From a virus (Duplodnaviria > Caudoviricetes): 46,702 bases of DNA. The stretch lies in IMG/VR virus record IMGVR_UViG_3300035135_000709, positions 1 through 46,702 of that record. One strand, written 5' to 3'. The position numbers were made by a program, and so were the translations under genes. Of the stretch, positions 19,171-27,324 are shown one piece after another (position 1 is the first letter of the stretch; every line of letters starts with the position of its first letter). The notes beneath the pieces were generated by a model. It saw only the letters and a list, made by a program, of their open reading frames with translations. It did no database searches and was not told the DNA's origin.

Positions 19171-22100
19171 GTGTCAGCATCGAGCATTCCACTAAAAATT
19201 AAGAATTCGAATGGTGACCTACAGGAATTCACTCCGACGGAAGAAAACTATCTTGCGTTCGCAGTGGGACAAGCATTGGCGTCTGCAGCGTCCAATGATG
19301 TCGGTAACATAAGTTTAACAGGTAATGTGAACATTGGTTCTTTCGTTGACACATTCTACAACGAGGCGACAGGAACCCACCCAGCTTCACAGATCACTTC
19401 ATCCACAACTACAACCACCCTTACTCAGGTCGGTGGTAGCGCAGATGAATCCGGCGCAAACTTTGTTCGTCCTATAGGATACTATGACGGTACTAATCCT
19501 GGCTTCTACGAAATGGTAGACCCAGATGTAACCGCACTTGCCAATCGTGTTCTAAGTAATCTTGCACAAAACGATTACGTCGGGACATTTAAACTCGCAT
19601 CAACCAGCCCAGGCGCGGACTATACTCTGTTCATCGCAGGTGTATTCCAAGATACGCGTGGTGATGGGTCATCTACTGTTTACAACATCTATCTACGCAA
19701 CAACATGTCTGCAATCGCCGCAGTACGTCCTGTTGCAACGAAATACGATGTTAACGGAGACTTCGACGGTTTCCAAGAGATGACTGATGCTCAGATCCAA
19801 TATACTATTGGTCAACGTATTAAAACATTACGTGCAACTGCAGGGAACATTGGTTCATACCAGTTACGTTCATCTGCACAAGGTGCACCTACAGCCCCAG
19901 GCACTTGGAGATCTGTAGGTTCTGCGATCAACACTACTAGACAGATCACAGACGTATCTTACTCACGTATCCGTAACTCGGCCTACGTTCGTACACGCGT
20001 TTCTGCATACACCCGCGACAGAACTTCGACTTATACTCGTGTTTCTACTCGCACTAGTACTCGTGACTTTGCAGGAAACTACGTAGGTAACTACACTCGC
20101 GATTTCGCCGGTAACTATTCACGCAACTTTGCAGGTGAATATGTCGGTGATTTCATTGGAGAGTACACACGTACTCGCCCGTCTGCATATACTCGCGATC
20201 GTGTAACTAACTTCTCACGCACGTTTACTGGCGAATACATTCTAAACCGTCAGTCAACTTATACTCGTGTACGTCTACAGGCGTTCACTGGTGCGTTCAC
20301 TGGTTACTACACTCGCGCACGTGTTTCTGTATACACTCGCAATCGTATCACTGACTTCACTGGCACTTACACTCGTACTCGTACTTCGACGTACGCTCGT
20401 GGCCGTGTGTCTACTTACACTGGTACGTATTCACGTAACCGTGTATCTGCGTATGCAGGAACTTATTCACGTACTCGTGTTTCCTCTTATAGCGGCACTT
20501 ACGCACGTAACCGTATCTCTGCATATATTGGAACTTACTCACGTTCGTTCTCTGGTCAGTACACTCGTTCTTTCCAAGGTAACTACACAGGTGAGTTTAC
20601 ACGTACTCGTACGTCATCTTACTCAGGTACTTACGCTCGCACTCGTACTTCAGCGTACGCAGGAACTTACGGTCGCAACTTCGTAGGAAACTACAGCCGT
20701 GGGTTTGCAGGTAACTACGTTGGTGAGTTTACACGTACTCGTACTTCGACATTTGCAGGGACCTATTCTCGTGAGCGTATCAGTACTTACACTGGTACTT
20801 ACGCACGTGATTTCGTAGGTAACTATACTCGCAACTTTGCAGGAAACTACTCACGTAACTTTACTCGTGGTCGCGTTAGTTCATTCTCTGGTACTTACAC
20901 ACGTAACCGTGTATCAACGTACTCAGGTACTTACTCACGTAACTTCACTGGTAACTACGCTAGAAACTTCGTAGGAAACTACTCGCGCAACTATGCACGT
21001 ACTCGCGTATCGTCTTACGCTGGAACTTATGCGCGTACTCGTGTTTCTGCGTACTCTGGAACTTACTCACGTACTCGCGTATCAGCTTACGCAGGTACTT
21101 ACTCACGCACACGTGTCTCTGCATATGCGGCTGACTATACTCGTGTTCGTGCGACTAACTATACTCGCGATCGCGTTACTAACTTCGCTGGCATCTTCTC
21201 ACGTGCACGTGTATCTACTTACACTCGCAACCGTGTGACTAACTTTGCTGGTAACTTTGTTGGTAACTACGCTCGCAACTTTGTTGGAAACTACTCACGT
21301 AACTTCGTGGGTAACTATTCTCGTGCATTCGCAGGGAACTATGTTGGTAACTACGCACGTACTTCTACTCGTACGTCTACCCGTACTCGTTACTCAGCTT
21401 ACGCACGTACCTCAACTAGAACTCGCTCATCTGCATACACTCGTGATCGCGTAACTAACTTTGCCGGTAACTTCATCGGTAACTACGCACGTGATTTCGT
21501 CGGAGACTTCGTAGGAAACTATTCACGAACTTTCGCTGGTAACTTTGCAGGTGACTTCGTAGGTAATTATACAACTACCTTCACTGGTAACTTTGTCGGT
21601 AACTACGCTCGTAACTTTGTTGGAAACTTTGCTGGTGACTTCGTCGGAAACTACGCAACCACATTTACTGGAGACTTCGTGGGTAACTATGCTCGCGGTT
21701 TCGTTGGTAACTATGGCCGTAACTTCGTCGGTAACTACACCAGAAACTTTGCAGGTAACTTCGTAGGTAACTACGCACGTGGCTTCGTAGGAAACTATGC
21801 AGGTAACTTCGTTGGTGATTATGCGCGTACTCGTGCAACCAACTACACTCGTAACCGTGTCTCTGCGTACTCACGTACTCGTGCGACTAACTATACTCGT
21901 ACTCGTAACTCCGCTTATTCACGTACTTCAGTTCGTACTCGTTACTCTGCGTATGCACGTACTTCGACTCGTACGTCAACTCGTACTTTAAGTTACACTC
22001 GTACATTGTACTACACTGGTAACTACGCTCGTGCGTTTACTCGTGATCGTACTCAGACATTCACTGCAACTGGTACCTATACTCGTACTCTATACTACGC

Positions 22101-24906
22101 GGGTGACTTTACTGGTAATTATACCCGTAATGTTACTTACACTGGTAACTATACCCGTACATTGACTTACACTGGCGACTTCGTAGGTAACTACACTCGT
22201 GGTGTTACTTACACTGGTAACTATACTCGTGGTGGACCAGTAACATATATTGGTGACTATGTTCGTTACCAGAACCCGTACGATACTGTAAACTACTATG
22301 TTGGTAACTACGTAGCTGGCGCTAACTTTACTGGCGACTTCGTAGGTAACTACGCGGGCGGTGGTGCATCGACTCGTGTATCTGCATACTCTCGTATGTA
22401 CAACTTCAACGTATACTTCTATACTCGTACGTTGTCGTTCGGTACTACTACTTACTTTACTCGTACATCGACTCGTACTTCAGTAGGTACAGGTACGGCT
22501 TACACTCGTGTGTCTACTCGTTCAGCTGCAGTGTACTACGCTGGTAACTATATCGGTACTGTTACTGAGACTTACACTCGTAACCGTGCAGCGACATTAG
22601 ACTACACTCGTACTCGTGTCACTAACTACACTGCAACAGGTACGTATACTCGTAACCGTGCGGCGACACTAGACTACACTCGTAACAGTACTCGTACTTC
22701 AACCAATACTGGTTACTACACACGTACATTGTACTATGTCGGCAACTTCGTAGGTAACTATGCGCGTAACTACGCCGCAGACTACACTCGTACTGGTTAC
22801 TACACACGTACTGGATACTACGCAGGCGACTTCGTAGGTAACTATGCGCGTGGGTTCGTCGGTGATTACGTAGGTAACTATGCTCGTTCATTCGTGGGTG
22901 ATTACGTAGGAAACTTCGTAGGAAACTACGCACGTACGTTTGTTGGTGATTACGTTGGTAACTTTGTGGGTAACTACACTCGCACATCAACCCGCACATC
23001 AACTCGTACTCGTAACTCTGCATACTCACGTACTCGTGTGACTAACTACGCTGGTGCATACACAAGATCACGTGCATCCGCATATTCACGTACTCGTTAC
23101 TCAGCTTACGCACGTACTCGTATCACTAACTACGTTGGCGACTTTACTCGTACATCAACTCGTACTTCTACTCGCAACCGTTACAGTGCATACGCTCGTA
23201 CTCGTGTTACTGACTACGTTGGTAATTTTACTCGTACTTCTACTCGTACATCAACCCGTTCACGTGGTTCTGCGTACGCACGTACACGAGTAACTAACTA
23301 CGTCGGTAACTTTACTAGAGATCGCGTAACTCAGTTCGCTGGTAACTTCGTAGGTAACTACAGCCGTAACTTCGCAGGTGACTTTGTAGGAAACTACGCT
23401 CGCGCATTTGCAGGAGACTTTGCAGGTAACTTCGTTGGTGAGTACACTCGTACTTCTACTAGAACTCGTTACAGTGCATACGCTCGTACTCGTGTATCTG
23501 CATACAGCCGTACTCGTGGTTCCGCATACACTCGTGACCGTGTAACTAACTTCGCGGGAGACTTTGTTGGAAACTATGCACGTACATTCGCTGGAAACTA
23601 CTCACGCAACTTTGCGGGTAACTTCGTTGGCGATTACGTCGGTAACTTTGCAGGAAACTACGTTGGAAACTACACTCGTGACTTCTCTGGTCAGTACGTA
23701 GGTAACTACACACGTAACTTCTCTGGTCAGTACACTGGTACTTACAACCGCAACTTTGTCGGTGAGTACACTGGTACTTACAACCGTAACTTCGTAGGTA
23801 ACTATGCACGTGCATTTACTCGCACTCGCGCATCTGCCTACTCTCGTGTACGTCCATCATCATATGCGGGAACTTACTCTCGTACATTCGTTGGTGAGTA
23901 CACTGGAACTTATAACGCAACTTACACTGGTAACTACGCTCGAGCGTATACTAGAACACGTGTATCAGCTTACTCACGTGCGCGTAACTCAACGTTCACA
24001 GGAACTTACTCACGTTCATTCTCTGGTCAATACACTGGAACGTATGCACGTGATTACGTAGGTAACTATGCGACTGACTTTACACGCAACCGTAATTCTG
24101 CATACACTCGTACTCGACTATCAACTTACGCGGGTAACTACAGCCGTGACTTCGTTGGTGAGTACACTGGTGCATACACTCGTGACTTTGCGGGCAACTA
24201 CTCTCGCAACTTCGTAAGAACTCGTGTTGAAACTTACTCACGCGACCGTGTCTCAACTTACACAGGAACCTACAACCGTGGATTCGCTGGTGAGTACACT
24301 GGAGCGTATACTCGCGACTTCTCTGGTCAGTATGTCGGTAACTACACTCGCGGCTTTGCGGGAGAGTACACTGGCACTTACAACCGTACGTTCGCAGGTG
24401 AGTACACTCGTGACTTCACTGGAAACTACACTAGACAGTTTGCAGGTGACTTCGCTGGTAACTACACTCGCACGTTCGCTGGAGAATACGCAGGAACTTA
24501 TAACCGCGACTTCGTAGGCGACTTTACTGGTAACTATGCACGTACGTTTGCAGGTAACTACATCCGCAACCGTGTCTCTGCATACGCTGGTAACTTCGTA
24601 GGTAACTACACTCGTGACTTCATCGGTAACTACTCGCGTAACTCAGTAGACACATTTGCACGTACTCGTGTATCTGCATACTCACGTCTACGTACATCTG
24701 CTTACTCAGATGTTTACGGACGTACTCGTGTCTCTACTTACGCAGGTAACTACACTGGTGACTACGCTCGTGACTTCACTGGTAACTACTCACGTGATTT
24801 CACTGGTAACTACAGTCGCGCATTTGTCGGTAACTATGTTGGTGCAACTATCCAGCCAGCGTTGCAGACAATCGAGTCATATACATTATACGTAAGGGTT
24901 GCATAA
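19171..24906 (+). CDS. Giant R/T/Y/G/N/F/S-rich tetrapeptide-repeat protein with antiparallel self-complementary arms (putative extended beta-hairpin fibre)
   Basis: 1911-aa ORF with phage-typical codons (cgt, act, ggt, tac), late promoters upstream and a terminator downstream; about 260-aa base domain followed by YxRx, RxSx, FxGx and STRT tetrads. Confidence 0.85.
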   Translation: MSASSIPLKIKNSNGDLQEFTPTEENYLAFAVGQALASAASNDVGNISLTGNVNIGSFVDTFYNEATGTHPASQITSSTTTTTLTQVGGSADESGANFVRPIGYYDGTNPGFYEMVDPDVTALANRVLSNLAQNDYVGTFKLASTSPGADYTLFIAGVFQDTRGDGSSTVYNIYLRNNMSAIAAVRPVATKYDVNGDFDGFQEMTDAQIQYTIGQRIKTLRATAGNIGSYQLRSSAQGAPTAPGTWRSVGSAINTTRQITDVSYSRIRNSAYVRTRVSAYTRDRTSTYTRVSTRTSTRDFAGNYVGNYTRDFAGNYSRNFAGEYVGDFIGEYTRTRPSAYTRDRVTNFSRTFTGEYILNRQSTYTRVRLQAFTGAFTGYYTRARVSVYTRNRITDFTGTYTRTRTSTYARGRVSTYTGTYSRNRVSAYAGTYSRTRVSSYSGTYARNRISAYIGTYSRSFSGQYTRSFQGNYTGEFTRTRTSSYSGTYARTRTSAYAGTYGRNFVGNYSRGFAGNYVGEFTRTRTSTFAGTYSRERISTYTGTYARDFVGNYTRNFAGNYSRNFTRGRVSSFSGTYTRNRVSTYSGTYSRNFTGNYARNFVGNYSRNYARTRVSSYAGTYARTRVSAYSGTYSRTRVSAYAGTYSRTRVSAYAADYTRVRATNYTRDRVTNFAGIFSRARVSTYTRNRVTNFAGNFVGNYARNFVGNYSRNFVGNYSRAFAGNYVGNYARTSTRTSTRTRYSAYARTSTRTRSSAYTRDRVTNFAGNFIGNYARDFVGDFVGNYSRTFAGNFAGDFVGNYTTTFTGNFVGNYARNFVGNFAGDFVGNYATTFTGDFVGNYARGFVGNYGRNFVGNYTRNFAGNFVGNYARGFVGNYAGNFVGDYARTRATNYTRNRVSAYSRTRATNYTRTRNSAYSRTSVRTRYSAYARTSTRTSTRTLSYTRTLYYTGNYARAFTRDRTQTFTATGTYTRTLYYAGDFTGNYTRNVTYTGNYTRTLTYTGDFVGNYTRGVTYTGNYTRGGPVTYIGDYVRYQNPYDTVNYYVGNYVAGANFTGDFVGNYAGGGASTRVSAYSRMYNFNVYFYTRTLSFGTTTYFTRTSTRTSVGTGTAYTRVSTRSAAVYYAGNYIGTVTETYTRNRAATLDYTRTRVTNYTATGTYTRNRAATLDYTRNSTRTSTNTGYYTRTLYYVGNFVGNYARNYAADYTRTGYYTRTGYYAGDFVGNYARGFVGDYVGNYARSFVGDYVGNFVGNYARTFVGDYVGNFVGNYTRTSTRTSTRTRNSAYSRTRVTNYAGAYTRSRASAYSRTRYSAYARTRITNYVGDFTRTSTRTSTRNRYSAYARTRVTDYVGNFTRTSTRTSTRSRGSAYARTRVTNYVGNFTRDRVTQFAGNFVGNYSRNFAGDFVGNYARAFAGDFAGNFVGEYTRTSTRTRYSAYARTRVSAYSRTRGSAYTRDRVTNFAGDFVGNYARTFAGNYSRNFAGNFVGDYVGNFAGNYVGNYTRDFSGQYVGNYTRNFSGQYTGTYNRNFVGEYTGTYNRNFVGNYARAFTRTRASAYSRVRPSSYAGTYSRTFVGEYTGTYNATYTGNYARAYTRTRVSAYSRARNSTFTGTYSRSFSGQYTGTYARDYVGNYATDFTRNRNSAYTRTRLSTYAGNYSRDFVGEYTGAYTRDFAGNYSRNFVRTRVETYSRDRVSTYTGTYNRGFAGEYTGAYTRDFSGQYVGNYTRGFAGEYTGTYNRTFAGEYTRDFTGNYTRQFAGDFAGNYTRTFAGEYAGTYNRDFVGDFTGNYARTFAGNYIRNRVSAYAGNFVGNYTRDFIGNYSRNSVDTFARTRVSAYSRLRTSAYSDVYGRTRVSTYAGNYTGDYARDFTGNYSRDFTGNYSRAFVGNYVGATIQPALQTIESYTLYVRVA
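19960..24846 (+). repeat. 12-nt-period coding repeat region (tetrads YTRT / RVSA / FVGN / STRT)
   Basis: Strict 4-residue periodicity at aa 264-939 and 1217-1892; the central part carries 2-residue inserts. Confidence 0.95.
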
Positions 24907-24933
24907 ACCACACCTATAGTGTATAATATGTGA

Positions 24934-24963
24934 AAGTGGGTCAGTAATGGCCCACTTATTTTT
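24934..24963 (+). terminator. Rho-independent terminator
   Basis: aagtgggtca-gtaa-tggcccactt stem-loop followed by a T-run. Confidence 0.7.
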
Positions 24964-25010
24964 GTACTATATACATTTGAATTGAAGATCTTTTTTTGGA
25001 GAATGACTTA

Positions 25011-25472
25011 ATGAGTTACAGAAGATGGATGGATAACGCGTTCTGGGAGACAGATGCAAAAGAACAACTAAACTGCATCCTAGAAATGGAAGACGATGTT
25101 GGTCGAGTTACCCGTCAGGTTATGTTATTAAACAGGTTCGATAAGGAAGGTAATCCTAACGAACTTTTTGATGAGGTGGTATCATCACTAGGTGAGGATG
25201 TCATCGACAAAGAAACCGAAGATCGTACCGTTCGCAAGAAGGCCGAAGCGGAAGAAGAAAAACAACGCGACTTAGAACATAGGAAGGCGCGTAAACTAGA
25301 GAAACTGTTCAACTATAAGTTGGAAGCGTTCGAGGTCGATGAGATCAAGAACTCTAAGAACCGCAAGTTGAAAGGTAAGTTACGTCGTGCGAAGTCTCGC
25401 ATCGAAGTTGACTTATACTCTATTATGATTCTTCAGGAAGTGCTAGAGGCGGAAGAGAATGGAACAGAGTAA
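25011..25472 (+). CDS. Charged, helical hypothetical protein
   Basis: GGAG at 24998 before ATG 25011; E/K/R-rich; overlaps the start of the next gene. Confidence 0.7.
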   Translation: MSYRRWMDNAFWETDAKEQLNCILEMEDDVGRVTRQVMLLNRFDKEGNPNELFDEVVSSLGEDVIDKETEDRTVRKKAEAEEEKQRDLEHRKARKLEKLFNYKLEAFEVDEIKNSKNRKLKGKLRRAKSRIEVDLYSIMILQEVLEAEENGTE

Positions 25473-26193
25473 AGGTTTTGTAATCGTCGCGTCACAGAAA
25501 CATAATTTTTATCTGTACGCGATTAACTTGGCGGAATCAATTCGAGACTTCTATGAGCCAGAAGACGAATGTAAGATCTGTCTAGTTACAGAAGAAAGGT
25601 TTTTAGACGACCGTGGTCGTGAAGTTGCAGACGATATTCTTTTATGTGACGACCACTATCGTGCAAAGTTGTGGGGTATGGCCAAGTCACCTTACGACTT
25701 GACAATGTATATTGACGCTGACATGGAATGTGAGCACGAAGACATCGTCAAATGTTGGGATGAGATGAAGGACCACGATGTGGTATTCTCTGCACTCACA
25801 GACGATCGTTCTTACATCTACGCAGAGCGAGACTTTGATACACCAGAAGGTCCTCAGAAGTTCTCTTTATGCGGTGGGGTATGTTTATATGATATGTCTA
25901 AGCCGATCGTGCGAGAGTTTATGCAAGATTGGTGGGACTTAACGTTCAGACAGATGAACGACACTTGGTGGCCTAAGGGGTATGCGGACAGTCTCAAGTC
26001 TTGGGATCAGTTCTCACTCTGGTGGTTGACTGAGAGAGAAGAAAAATATAAAGACCTCAAGGTCGGTATCTTTGATGACGATTTGAGGTGGAACTATTAC
26101 AACGCCTTTAATTGGGCAATAACACAACCCGAAGGACCTGTGATCTTACGTCACTTCTCTGCAGGGTTAAATAAGGACACACCAATCGTATGA
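25459..26193 (+). CDS. Glycosyltransferase-like protein (nucleotide-diphospho-sugar transferase, GT-A)
   Basis: KGFVIVAS, RAKLWGMAKSPYDLTMYIDAD (DxD), CGGVCLY, WDQFSLW, RWNY, ILRHFS. Confidence 0.7.
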   Translation: MEQSKGFVIVASQKHNFYLYAINLAESIRDFYEPEDECKICLVTEERFLDDRGREVADDILLCDDHYRAKLWGMAKSPYDLTMYIDADMECEHEDIVKCWDEMKDHDVVFSALTDDRSYIYAERDFDTPEGPQKFSLCGGVCLYDMSKPIVREFMQDWWDLTFRQMNDTWWPKGYADSLKSWDQFSLWWLTEREEKYKDLKVGIFDDDLRWNYYNAFNWAITQPEGPVILRHFSAGLNKDTPIV

Positions 26194-26900
26194 CACAGGT
26201 AAATGATCAATATCTGAAGCATATCGAAGTCAACAATCCAGAACTTCTGGATATTCTTGATGAGTATGCGAAGTTGCACAAGTGGGATGGGTTTCTAAAG
26301 AACGCACACTGCACTGCAAAGGAACACGCACGTCAACGTCCTTATTACGTTGGCGAAAAGTACATGAAGGAAATCATGGCGATGGGTACTGGGCACGATG
26401 GCTTCCCAGAACATCTGCTTGGTTATAACTTCAAGATCTCTGATCGTGGTCACTTAATGTTTGAGAAAGACGCAGACCCACTATTCCGTCGCGACTTTAC
26501 TCATCACCTATCTGACCTAAACGATCGCATGATGAACTTCTTGTCTACTAAACACAATGCATTGTGTGCAGTATATCCACCAGAAGGTTTCATCTCGTGG
26601 CATAACAACCAGAACGCACCTGGCTTCAATCTAATCTTCTCGTACTCAGAGGATGGTCAGGGTTGGTTCGATTATGTTCATCCAGAGACAAAGGAAGTGA
26701 TCCGTTGTCAAGATGAGCCAGGGAAGTGGACATGTAAGGCTGCTTACTTTGGTTCGTTCGAGGAACCAGACAAGAGACTATACCATGCGGCATCGTCAGG
26801 TGGCGAGTGGAGAACTACTGTTTCTTATATCTTTGATTGGACTGACGCGGGTGCAGACCTACGCGAGATGGTCCTAGAAGACATTTCTGCAAAATATTAA
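26190..26900 (+). CDS. 2OG-Fe(II) oxygenase/DSBH-like protein
   Basis: YPPEGFISWHNN (HxN rather than HxD), LIFSYS, LYHAA (distal His), WRTTVSY (conserved Arg). Confidence 0.55.
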   Translation: MTQVNDQYLKHIEVNNPELLDILDEYAKLHKWDGFLKNAHCTAKEHARQRPYYVGEKYMKEIMAMGTGHDGFPEHLLGYNFKISDRGHLMFEKDADPLFRRDFTHHLSDLNDRMMNFLSTKHNALCAVYPPEGFISWHNNQNAPGFNLIFSYSEDGQGWFDYVHPETKEVIRCQDEPGKWTCKAAYFGSFEEPDKRLYHAASSGGEWRTTVSYIFDWTDAGADLREMVLEDISAKY

Positions 26901-26919
26901 ATCCTAAGTCCCTAAGTCG

Positions 26920-26927
26920 TATAAATA
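26920..26927 (+). promoter_or_regulatory. T4-type late promoter inside an inverted repeat
   Basis: Exact TATAAATA within the stem-loop 26910..26952. Confidence 0.85.
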
Positions 26928-26963
26928 GAGGAAAACGTTTATACACTTAGGGTCTTTAAGACG

Positions 26964-27320
26964 ATGGCACATTACGAAGATTTTACAATCGACCAAGGCG
27001 CGGATCTAGCTCTACAACTAGAGTTAGTGAATCCAGACGGGTCAACGAAAGATCTTAGTGGTTACTCTGCCGCAGCGAAGATGAAGAAAAACTTCAACAG
27101 TCTCGCGGCAGATACCCTTGACTTTACTGCAGTCGTCAGTGACCCACCATCCGCTGGTGTAGTTACATTATCTCTCACTAATCTCCAGACCGATGAACTA
27201 TCTACACGCGGTCGTTACGTTTATGATGTTGAAATCAACTACACCGATAGTGATGGTAACAACATTGTTGAACGCGTACTTGAAGGTAAGATAAAAGTTA
27301 ACCCTTCAGTGACAAGGTAA
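26964..27320 (+). CDS. Small virion structural protein (BppU N-terminal-like adaptor)
   Basis: FTIDQGADL, DLSGYSAAAKMKK, GVVTLSLT..QT, GRYVYDVEI, RVLEGKIKVNPSVT; type widespread in marine T4-like phages. Confidence 0.7.
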   Translation: MAHYEDFTIDQGADLALQLELVNPDGSTKDLSGYSAAAKMKKNFNSLAADTLDFTAVVSDPPSAGVVTLSLTNLQTDELSTRGRYVYDVEINYTDSDGNNIVERVLEGKIKVNPSVTR

Positions 27321-27324
27321 TAGT

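Noticed and set aside
19960-24846. DNA/RNA-level inverted repeat as the cause of the arm symmetry
   Set aside because: The reverse complement of 24781-24846 does not match the start of the N arm at 19960; both arms share the same strand-biased codons. The symmetry is at the amino-acid level.
19960-24846. CRISPR array or ice-nucleation-protein repeat
   Set aside because: No constant repeat with unique spacers; variation is synonymous within an open frame; the AGYGST-type octapeptide is absent.
20267-24895. Many short overlapping ORFs within the hairpin-protein gene
   Set aside because: Frame shadows of the 12-nt periodic repeat.
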